Shown: in pieces, positions 8,256-16,022 of the stretch | Numbering within the stretch: position 1 is the first letter of the stretch | Layout of the letters: the number at the start of each line of letters is the position of its first letter | NCBI GenBank assembly: GCA_001029675.1 | Contig: CP011210.1 | Location: 453,663-517,662 of the forward strand | Origin: Candidatus Beckwithbacteria bacterium GW2011_GWC1_49_16 | GTDB taxonomy: Bacteria > Patescibacteriota > Microgenomatia > UBA1400 > CG1-02-47-37 | Length of the DNA: 64,000 nucleotides | Reading direction: 5' to 3' | Position numbers and translations under genes: made by a program | The notes under the pieces: model-generated | Databases searched by the model: none | What the model was told of the DNA's origin: nothing | The model's input: the letters and a program-made list of their open reading frames with translations, nothing else

Positions 8256-8879
8256 TTAATCACCGCCTTTCTTAATAACATCCTCGACAACGCCTTGAAT
8301 AGAGAAGTCTTCAAATAATAATATTGGTTTATTTTTTGGGTTAGTAGATTCTGGTTGAAGACGTACGTAGCCATCTTCAGGAATTATCTTCTTAATTGTT
8401 GCCTCATCACCAATAAGTGCGACTACACGACTACCGGGGTCAGCTGTTTGCTGTTTTTTAATTAGGACAAAATCTCCATCATCAATTGTTTTTCCGGAAA
8501 CTCTGGCGTTATTCATACTGTCGCCTATTGCCCGTAGGAAAAAATAATTGTCCGGAGTTCCACTGATCTTCGAAGCATCAAATTGAATGTAGGCCTCAAC
8601 ATTTTCGGTAGCTAAGAATGGAACTCCACACGCTACATTGCCTACAAGGGGAATTTGTACTTTGTCAGATGAGTCCGGTAAAGCTAATCCTCGAGTATTT
8701 TCCAGATACCCCTTTTCTTTCAGTGCATCAGTGTGTCGCTGAACGGAGCTTATACTAGCTAAACCCAAGGTCACACGAAGTTCTTCAAGTGTGGGAGTTG
8801 TACCATTTTTATTTGCCTGATCCTTAATAGAAGACAGGACTATCTTTTGCTTTGAGGTTAAAGTCTTTCTCATACGCAC
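8256..8879 (-). CDS. lexA: LexA-like S24 autopeptidase repressor
   Basis: 207 aa. The N-terminus is a LexA-type winged helix (TPTLEELRVTLGLASISSVQRHTDALKEKGYLE). It has a VACG cleavage-site-like segment, the Ser nucleophile GDSM and a downstream KK. Confidence 0.85.
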   Translation of the reverse strand: MRMRKTLTSKQKIVLSSIKDQANKNGTTPTLEELRVTLGLASISSVQRHTDALKEKGYLENTRGLALPDSSDKVQIPLVGNVACGVPFLATENVEAYIQFDASKISGTPDNYFFLRAIGDSMNNARVSGKTIDDGDFVLIKKQQTADPGSRVVALIGDEATIKKIIPEDGYVRLQPESTNPKNKPILLFEDFSIQGVVEDVIKKGGD

Positions 8880-9084
8880 TATTCTACTCTAACTAGCGTA
8901 ATTATGCAAGGGGATTAGTTATTATAAAAAGCCTGTCAAGGGGGTAATTTCATCAAACAGTTTATAAATTGCTGTGTTGATTTAGCCCAATATATCGGTC
9001 TATTTATCATGTAACCCAGGGTTTCACCCACCCCTCCGTGTCACCCGGGCTATATCAAAACGGGGTGATATTGTTATCTTAATT
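8880..9084. promoter_or_regulatory. divergent promoter/operator region between the lexA operon and the ParB-MTase/terminase operon
   Basis: Contains ACAG-N11-CTGT (8957-8975) and CTGT-N20-ACAG, neither of which is a canonical SOS box. It also contains two direct TCACCC copies plus an inverted GGGTGA (9024-9068) just upstream of the 9085 start. Confidence 0.4.
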
Positions 9085-10407
9085 ATGAAAAACATACCTA
9101 TCCAAACGATCGAAGTTCCAATAATGGACCTAGTCTCACCAGACTACAATCCTCGTAAGCATGACGATCTGGCAAAGGAACAATTAAAAGAAAGTATCAG
9201 ACGCTTTGGGATCGTTGACCCAATTGTGGCAAACTCTGCACCAACTCGTAAAAATATAATCATCGGTGGAAATTTTAGATGGGAAACCATAAAGGAGTTG
9301 GGATATAAAACTGTTCCAGTCGTTTATGTAGATATTTCAGATCTGGAAAAGGAAAAAGAGTTGAACATTCGTCTCAATAAGAATACAGGTGAATTTGATT
9401 GGGATTTACTTGCTAAGTTTGATGAGTCATTCCTTGCTGATATTGGTTTTTCCAGTGGTGAACTCGATGGTATTTTTGATATTGACGTCCCAGAAGAATT
9501 CGACCTTGAAAAAGAACTTAAAAAGTTAAATATCCAGAAGATCAATGTTCAAAAAGGTGACATCTATTCTCTTGATGACTCAAAACTAATGTGTGGGGAT
9601 TCTACTATTGAAGCTGATATCTTAAAACTCATGGATGGTAAAAAAGCAGATATGTGTCTGACTGATGAACCATATTTGCTCGATTACGTTGGTGCAAAAC
9701 GTCACGGAAAACCAACAACTGGCTTTGGTGCCAAACGTAACAGAAGGTATCTTGAAACCGATGTTTTGCCGCCTAACTTTATATCCCTTTGGATGTCAAA
9801 TATCGCAAAGGTAGCAAAACCAGATTTCAGCATCATCTCGTACGAAAATTGGAAGAACACCCGAGCCATGTGGGACGAGATCGAGAAGTATTGGAAGGTG
9901 CGCAACATGCTGATATGGAGATTACCAAACAGACACCAGGGGTTTTCAGCTAAATATAAATTTTTCTCAAAATACGATATAGCTATGGTTGGAACAAGTG
10001 AGGGAAACCAAATAAATACAGAGGTGGAAGAAGAACTCCTGCAAAACGAATACGAAACCGCCTTGTATGCAACTTCAGGAAAGCCTCATTGGGAAGGCTA
10101 TGAACATGGAAAGAAGAATCAGCCAACCGATTTTATAGAGTTTAATGCTTCGGATGAAAAACACTCTGGTCAGGGAGTTGTGTTTGGCTGTAAGCCTACA
10201 GAGATTCTTATCCCCTATATCAAGATGCTTACAAAACGTGGCGATTTAATTGTCGAGCCATTTGGGGGAAGTGGAAGCACTCTAATTGCGGCCACCAAAA
10301 TGAAACGACGATGTTACATCATGGAAAAGTCTCCTGTATATACAGAGGTAATTATAAAACGCTGGGAAAATTTAACGGGACAAAAAGCCAAAAAAATCTA
10401 TGGATAA
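9085..10407 (+). CDS. ParB-like nuclease domain fused to a DNA methyltransferase (beta-class N6A/N4C)
   Basis: 440 aa. The N-terminus has a ParB/Srx fold (DYNPRKHD...IVDPIVAN...IIGGNFRWE). The C-terminus has a degenerate DPPY-type motif (TDEPYL) followed by an FGGSGST AdoMet-binding motif, in the permuted beta order. Phage and plasmid ParB-MTase fusions have this architecture. Confidence 0.75.
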   Translation: MKNIPIQTIEVPIMDLVSPDYNPRKHDDLAKEQLKESIRRFGIVDPIVANSAPTRKNIIIGGNFRWETIKELGYKTVPVVYVDISDLEKEKELNIRLNKNTGEFDWDLLAKFDESFLADIGFSSGELDGIFDIDVPEEFDLEKELKKLNIQKINVQKGDIYSLDDSKLMCGDSTIEADILKLMDGKKADMCLTDEPYLLDYVGAKRHGKPTTGFGAKRNRRYLETDVLPPNFISLWMSNIAKVAKPDFSIISYENWKNTRAMWDEIEKYWKVRNMLIWRLPNRHQGFSAKYKFFSKYDIAMVGTSEGNQINTEVEEELLQNEYETALYATSGKPHWEGYEHGKKNQPTDFIEFNASDEKHSGQGVVFGCKPTEILIPYIKMLTKRGDLIVEPFGGSGSTLIAATKMKRRCYIMEKSPVYTEVIIKRWENLTGQKAKKIYG

Positions 10408-10819
10408 CACTATCGAAAAAAGGCAATCAAAAAATAAAGAACAGCTGTTAGAGATACTAAAGAAAACTCCAATAGTTCAAATTGCCTGTGAAAAGGCTGG
10501 AGTAAGTCGAGCCACCTATTATCGATGGCGTAAAGATAACTCTGGATTTTCTCAGGCAAGTGATCAGGCATTATTAGATGGAAGCTTGCTGATAAATGAT
10601 ATGGCCGAAAGTCAAATGATAAGCGCTATCAAAGACAAGAATATGACTGCCATAATCTTTTGGCTTAAGACTCATCATGATGCCTATCGCAATAGAGTTG
10701 AAGTAACCACAACCAATGGCAACCAAGAAATTAACCTTACAGATGAACAAAAGGAACTGTTAAATAAAGCAATAGAGATGGCGGCATTAATTCCGCCCAA
10801 AGAAAACAGCAATGAATGA
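10400..10819 (+). CDS. terS: phage terminase small subunit (HTH type)
   Basis: 139 aa. It has an N-terminal HTH (IACEKAGVSRATYYRWRKDN) and directly precedes, and overlaps, the terminase large subunit. Confidence 0.65.
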   Translation: MDNTIEKRQSKNKEQLLEILKKTPIVQIACEKAGVSRATYYRWRKDNSGFSQASDQALLDGSLLINDMAESQMISAIKDKNMTAIIFWLKTHHDAYRNRVEVTTTNGNQEINLTDEQKELLNKAIEMAALIPPKENSNE

Positions 10820-12356
10820 CCAAGAACAAATAATCAAACAAATTCAGGAAAATCCTGACTTTCGGAAAGTATTAACGAAGGAGAATTTCTATTGGTTTTT
10901 TGTTACCTACTTTCCCCATTATATAACTTGCCCAACCGCTGATTTTCAAAAGGAAATCTTCAATCTCATTCAGAATGAGGAATTACAAAAAATCACAATC
11001 ACAGCCTTTCGCGGGTCGGCAAAATCTACTATTGCAACTTTGGCACTACCCATTTGGGCAATGGTCGGTAAACCCACCAAAAAATATACTCTACTAGTGA
11101 GCTTAACTCAGGGGCTTGCCAAGCAAATTCTTACGAACATAAAACAGGAGCTTTCATCAAACGAACTCCTAATGCGGGATTTTGGACCATTTTCAGAAGT
11201 GGCTGAAGAATGGCGATCTAACTCTCTTGTAATACCACGTTACAATTCCAGAATTTCAGCCATATCGCAAAGTGAAAGAATTAGAGGTCTCAGGCATAGG
11301 CAGTACCGACCAGACCTTATCATTATTGATGATGTTGAGGATCTAGAATCGGTTAAGACAAGAGAAAGCAGAGACAATCTTTGGAATTGGTTTTCGGGTG
11401 AAATAAAGCCTATTGGAGATAGTGGTACCAGAATTATTACCGTAGGCAATTTACTACATTTGGACTCGCTAATGATGCGGATTAAGCAAAACGTTCAAGC
11501 AGGCGCAATGGACGGTATTTATAAAGAATTTCCTTTGTTAGATAGTTATGGAAATATTGCCTGGCCTGGAAAATATCCGACTATGGAGGATATTGAAGCC
11601 AAAAGAAAAGATGTTGCCGACGAGGCAGCTTGGTATCGAGAATTTTTACTAAAAATTATTGCGGACGAAGACAGAATTGTTAAAGGAGCTTGGATTAAAT
11701 ACTACGACACCCTACCGGACTTTGATCGCTATCCGGCAAGATTAATTGCCATAGGAGTCGACTTGGCTATTTCTCTTTTGGCGTCAGCAAATTTAACAGC
11801 CTTAGTACCAGCATACATAGTTGGTTACGGAGACAATCTCCAAGTTTATATTTTGCCTTACATTTTAAACAAACGATTGGATTTTCCTCAAACTATTCAG
11901 GCAATTAAAATTCTTACTGAAAAACTAAAAGTCGGTTATAGACCGCACCCTAGGGTATATATAGAAAGCGTGGGGTATCAGAGTGCGGCTGCCCAACAAC
12001 TAATAGTAGAGCATGTTCTGGCCGAGGAAGTTAGAATTCCACAGTTAGACAAAAGATCAAGACTATCGATAATTTCTCCACTTATTGAGCAAGGCAAAGT
12101 ATTTTTTCCCAGATCAGGAGCTGAAGTGTTAATTGATCAATTACTGAACTTTGGAGTGGAAAAATACGATGATCTAGTTGATGCTTTCACCTTACTTATG
12201 TCAAAAATAATTGAAACAGACCACCCAACGAACAGAAGTACTCATTCAGATTTGCCACCAGAACCAGATCCACACCCTGGTTTGACATGGTCACTTGAAC
12301 ATATGAATGACTTAGGATTTGATCTTGAAACCATCAAACTAAATATGGTTTTCTAA
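10812..12356 (+). CDS. terL: phage terminase large subunit
   Basis: 514 aa with a Walker A (FRGSAKST), a Walker B (DLIIIDDVED) and a C-terminal RNaseH-like nuclease region. No portal or capsid genes follow. Confidence 0.85.
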   Translation: MNDQEQIIKQIQENPDFRKVLTKENFYWFFVTYFPHYITCPTADFQKEIFNLIQNEELQKITITAFRGSAKSTIATLALPIWAMVGKPTKKYTLLVSLTQGLAKQILTNIKQELSSNELLMRDFGPFSEVAEEWRSNSLVIPRYNSRISAISQSERIRGLRHRQYRPDLIIIDDVEDLESVKTRESRDNLWNWFSGEIKPIGDSGTRIITVGNLLHLDSLMMRIKQNVQAGAMDGIYKEFPLLDSYGNIAWPGKYPTMEDIEAKRKDVADEAAWYREFLLKIIADEDRIVKGAWIKYYDTLPDFDRYPARLIAIGVDLAISLLASANLTALVPAYIVGYGDNLQVYILPYILNKRLDFPQTIQAIKILTEKLKVGYRPHPRVYIESVGYQSAAAQQLIVEHVLAEEVRIPQLDKRSRLSIISPLIEQGKVFFPRSGAEVLIDQLLNFGVEKYDDLVDAFTLLMSKIIETDHPTNRSTHSDLPPEPDPHPGLTWSLEHMNDLGFDLETIKLNMVF

Positions 12357-12361
12357 CAACC

Positions 12362-12387
12362 ACAGAAAGACCCTTCGATCTTTCTGT
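12362..12387. terminator. bidirectional intrinsic terminator hairpin between convergent genes
   Basis: Perfect 9-bp stem ACAGAAAGA/TCTTTCTGT with an 8-nt loop. On the plus strand it is followed by ATGGTTTATTTTT. Confidence 0.6.
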
Positions 12388-12392
12388 ATGGT

Positions 12393-12911
12393 TTATTTTT
12401 CACCCTTAAGTTCTTTGTAGTAAGAGTCCTTAAGTGGGTACTCCTTATATGGTCCAAAAGCATATCCAACGGTTGCAACCATATGATCAGCTAGAAAAAC
12501 GGTATTCTTTTTTTTCCAGGTCTCTCGCTGTTCAACTGTGTAGTCGTAACTAAGCATTTTGGTATATTCAGCGTCGAGATCAAATGCTTTTTTGTCGTCA
12601 TATAGAGTGACGTTACATTTTTTCTTACAGCTCTTTTGGACTTCCTCTGCTATTCCCTCGGGATTGGTCTCTCCGGGTTTGATTAAAATGCTAATGTTTT
12701 CATCAGCTTTATTTTCGACTCTAGCCAAAATCTCGTATTCAAAGGCTGGTTTGGTAGTAGCTTCAGCAACCAATTCCTGTTTTTCAGGCGGGGTTTGAAT
12801 ACTGGCTTGGTCGGTAGAAGAGTCCTTACCAACGAGTCCCAAGACGATTATTAAGAGAAGTCCTCCTCCGATAATTAATAGTAATTTCTTCATATTCTCA
12901 CCTCCTTTCAA
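12393..12911 (-). CDS. hypothetical secreted or membrane-anchored protein
   Basis: 172 aa with an N-terminal signal anchor (KKLLLIIGGGLLLIIVLGLVG) and no lipobox Cys. Confidence 0.5.
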   Translation of the reverse strand: MKGGENMKKLLLIIGGGLLLIIVLGLVGKDSSTDQASIQTPPEKQELVAEATTKPAFEYEILARVENKADENISILIKPGETNPEGIAEEVQKSCKKKCNVTLYDDKKAFDLDAEYTKMLSYDYTVEQRETWKKKNTVFLADHMVATVGYAFGPYKEYPLKDSYYKELKGEK

Positions 12912-13009
12912 TGATGTTGTAATACTAACTTACATTTAAGCATATTTCAAGGCTAAATGCTCGCTTTAAGCTAGTGGTGCTCTAGCTCATGGCTATCAAT
13001 AATTAGGAC

Positions 13010-13222
13010 ATGGGCAAAATTACTAAGAATCAAGTAAAATTTGGACACAGAATTCAAAAGAGACGTCAGGGGCTTGGTATAACCCAGGAAGAACTCGCAG
13101 ACAGAGTAAGTCTAAGCAGAACACACATGGGACATATCGAACAAGGTAGGAGATCCCCTTCGCTTGAAGTCTTAAACAAGATTGCAAAAGCACTCAAAAC
13201 TTCCCCAAAAGATTTCTTTTAA
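13010..13222 (+). CDS. XRE-family HTH transcriptional regulator
   Basis: 70 aa. LGITQEELADRVSLSRTHMGHIEQGRRSPSLEVLNKIAKAL is a classic Cro/C1-type HTH. Confidence 0.75.
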   Translation: MGKITKNQVKFGHRIQKRRQGLGITQEELADRVSLSRTHMGHIEQGRRSPSLEVLNKIAKALKTSPKDFF

Positions 13223-13336
13223 TCCCGATTCATCTTCACTTTTTCAGGAAAAGCAATAATTATTTGGCGTCTCAAACTATTGAAAAATGGCAAAGATTTT
13301 TGTATGATATTGATATCAATTGGTAGGTAAATCTAT

Positions 13337-13504
13337 ATGGAAGAACTATTAACTCTCAAAGAAGCGGCACAAGTCTTAAAGGTTCATGCGAATACATTGC
13401 GTTTATGGGACAAAAAGGGTGTTCTGAAAGCTATACGTATTGGGGTAAAAAGGGTGAGAAGATATAAAAAGGAAGATATTGAAAAGTTTATACACAAGAA
13501 ATAA
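13337..13504 (+). CDS. small MerR/excisionase-type HTH protein, possible R-M controller
   Basis: 55-aa ORF not in the track because it is under 60 aa: MEELLTLKEAAQVLKVHANTLRLWDKKGVLKAIRIGVKRVRRYKKEDIEKFIHKK. It matches the AlpA/Xis/MerR-N HTH signature and ends 2 nt before the hsdR start. Confidence 0.55.
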   Translation: MEELLTLKEAAQVLKVHANTLRLWDKKGVLKAIRIGVKRVRRYKKEDIEKFIHKK

Positions 13505-13506
13505 TT

Positions 13507-16017
13507 ATGCAAAAAGAAGCAAAAGCACGGATCAAAATTAACAATCTTCTTCAGGAGTCCGGCTGGAGATTTTTTGATGATGAGCATGGAACGGCGAATA
13601 TAGTTCTAGAAAACAATGTCAAATTGACAAAGCAGGTAGTTGACGAATTAGGCAATGATTTTGATAAAACCAAGAACGGTTTCATAGATTTTCTTCTACT
13701 TGATGAAAAGTGTTTCCCTTATGCAGTGCTGGAAGCTAAATCTGAGGACAAAGATCCTCTAGATGGGAAAGAGCAGGCTAGAAGATACGCCCAGTCACAA
13801 AACGTTCGTTTTATTGTTCTTTCCAATGGTAATGTTCATTACTTCTGGGATTTAGAGCGAGGCAATCCATCTTTTATTTCCTCGTTTCCCACACAAGAAT
13901 CTCTCAAACATTTTGTTTCGTACAAGCCAGACTCTAAGAAATTGACAGAAGAAAAAGTTTCAGAAGATTACATAGCTTTAACTCAAAATCCTACATACCA
14001 AAAAGATCCTCGCTGGCAAGATGAGGTACTTAAACACGATCAAATTCAAGAACAGGATTTGAAGTTTCTACGCCCATATCAACTTAGGGCCATAACTGCT
14101 TTGCAAGAATCTGCCCAAAATGGCAATGACCGTTATCTTTTTGAAATGGCAACTGGTACCGGTAAGACTCTAACCTGTGCCGCCGTTATCAAGCTTTTCC
14201 TGAAAACTGGCAATGCCAAACGAATTCTCTTTTTAGTTGACCGTATTGAGTTGGAAGATCAGGCGGCCAAGAATTTCAAAAAATATTTGGCTAAAGATTT
14301 CACCAGCGTTATTTATAAAGAAAATCGTGATGATTGGCGTAAAGCTGAAATTGTGGTTTCGACTGTTCAAAGCCTTTCAACTAATAATAAATATCAGAAG
14401 TTATTTAATCCTACCGATTTTGATTTAATTATCTCTGACGAGGCACACCGTTCAATTGGTGGTAATAGTAGAGCTGTCTTTGAGTATTTCGTGGGTTACA
14501 AGCTAGGACTTACGGCTACGCCTAAAAACTACCTGAAAGGTATTGATCCAAATCAGCTTAATGCTCGTGATCCTCGGGCTTGGGAAAAACGTCAACTTCT
14601 AGATACCTATAAGACTTTTGGTTGTGAAACAGGAGAACCAACCTTCCGCTATAGTCTTCTTGACGGTGTCAAAGAAGGTTTTCTGGTCAACCCAATAGTT
14701 GCTGATGCCAGAACGGAGATTACTACACAACTCCTTTCTGATGAAGGGTATTCTCTTTTAGTTGATACAGAAGAAGGCAAAGAGGAACAAGTTTTTTATC
14801 AATCAGATTTTGAGCGAAAGTTTTTCTCTGACAAAACTAATCTAATTTTTTGTGAGACTTTCTTAAAGAATGCCTTGATGGATCAAATCTCTGGAGAGGT
14901 TGGCAAAAGCATTATTTACTGTGTGAGTCAAAAACATGCCAGTAAAATTACACAGCTTCTAAATCAGCTCGCTGATAGTTACTGGCCAGGAAAATATAAT
15001 TCCGATTTTGCTGTGCAGGTAACTTCTAATATTCCTGATGCTCAGCAATTCACAATAGGCTTTGCTAATAACAACCTTAATGGTCACACGCCTTGGCTGG
15101 AAGGTTATAAGTCCAGCAAAACTAGAGTTTGCGTGACGGTGGGTATGATGACTACTGGCTATGATTGCCAAGATATATTAAATCTTTGTTTAATGCGGCC
15201 AATTTTTTCCCCAACAGATTTCATTCAGATCAAAGGACGTGGTACACGAAAATACGCCTTTACCTTTGAAAATCGTGAGAATGGTGAAATTGAGAAAGTC
15301 AGGGTTGATAAAGAAAAATTCAAATTATTTGATTTCTTTGCTAACTGTGAGTATTTCGAAGAGAAATATAACTATGATGAAATTCTAAAAATTCCTAAGA
15401 CAATTTCGGGCACAGGACCAGGCGGAGAACCTACGGTTAATATTGATGTGACCATTGGTATCCCAGATCCTCTCAAAACATTCCAAGAAAAAGCGATTGG
15501 TTTACAAGGAATGAAAGTAGATCGCAAGATTTTTGAAAAGTTTGAGGAAACGGTTAAGGCAGATTCTTTCATCAAAGAAAAATACGAAGCTGGCGATATG
15601 CAGGCAGTTGAGGATTATGTGAAGACTGAGGTTTTTGATAAACCTGAAGATTATTTCAATTTAGACAAGCTTCGTAAATCAGTCAAGGTTGACCGTCGGC
15701 TTTCCCTGGGAGAAATAATGGATAAGATTTTTGGGCGGTTAGATAAATTTAAAGATAAAGATGAACTTTTAGAGGAAGAGTTTGAAAAGTTTATCTCAAT
15801 TTACAAGCCAGATAGTAAGTACTACTACCCAATAAAGAATTTCCTCAAAGCTTATATTACTGATAACGAGATTAGAGAAATTGTAGAAACAAAGGAATAC
15901 GGTCGGTTTGCAACAAACCCAAAAGTATCACTAGTAGACTTTAAGGCCTTGAACGGGTACCGTGACGTCGTGCCAGAGTATGTAAAGGACTACGTATCAG
16001 TTAATACGTATATGTAA
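13507..16017 (+). CDS. hsdR: type I restriction enzyme R subunit (short form)
   Basis: 836 aa. The N-terminus is an HsdR_N-type PD-(D/E)xK domain (IDFLLLDEKCFPYAVLEAKS). SF2 helicase motifs follow: GTGKT (Walker A), DLIISDEAHRS (DEAH), and TTGYDCQ motif VI. Confidence 0.8.
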   Translation: MQKEAKARIKINNLLQESGWRFFDDEHGTANIVLENNVKLTKQVVDELGNDFDKTKNGFIDFLLLDEKCFPYAVLEAKSEDKDPLDGKEQARRYAQSQNVRFIVLSNGNVHYFWDLERGNPSFISSFPTQESLKHFVSYKPDSKKLTEEKVSEDYIALTQNPTYQKDPRWQDEVLKHDQIQEQDLKFLRPYQLRAITALQESAQNGNDRYLFEMATGTGKTLTCAAVIKLFLKTGNAKRILFLVDRIELEDQAAKNFKKYLAKDFTSVIYKENRDDWRKAEIVVSTVQSLSTNNKYQKLFNPTDFDLIISDEAHRSIGGNSRAVFEYFVGYKLGLTATPKNYLKGIDPNQLNARDPRAWEKRQLLDTYKTFGCETGEPTFRYSLLDGVKEGFLVNPIVADARTEITTQLLSDEGYSLLVDTEEGKEEQVFYQSDFERKFFSDKTNLIFCETFLKNALMDQISGEVGKSIIYCVSQKHASKITQLLNQLADSYWPGKYNSDFAVQVTSNIPDAQQFTIGFANNNLNGHTPWLEGYKSSKTRVCVTVGMMTTGYDCQDILNLCLMRPIFSPTDFIQIKGRGTRKYAFTFENRENGEIEKVRVDKEKFKLFDFFANCEYFEEKYNYDEILKIPKTISGTGPGGEPTVNIDVTIGIPDPLKTFQEKAIGLQGMKVDRKIFEKFEETVKADSFIKEKYEAGDMQAVEDYVKTEVFDKPEDYFNLDKLRKSVKVDRRLSLGEIMDKIFGRLDKFKDKDELLEEEFEKFISIYKPDSKYYYPIKNFLKAYITDNEIREIVETKEYGRFATNPKVSLVDFKALNGYRDVVPEYVKDYVSVNTYM

Positions 16018-16022
16018 ATATT

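Noticed and set aside
8925-8977. Candidate LexA/SOS boxes (CTGT-N20-ACAG; ACAG-N11-CTGT) in the lexA promoter
   Set aside because: Neither matches the CTGT-N8-ACAG or CGAAC-N4-GTTCG consensus types. The operator for this LexA-like protein cannot be assigned from sequence alone.
2451-12960. 13-nt exact repeat tcaaggctaaatg upstream of both the 2574 and 13010 genes
   Set aside because: In a 64-kb window, dozens of 13-mer coincidences are expected by chance. With no extended similarity it is not evidence of a shared operator.
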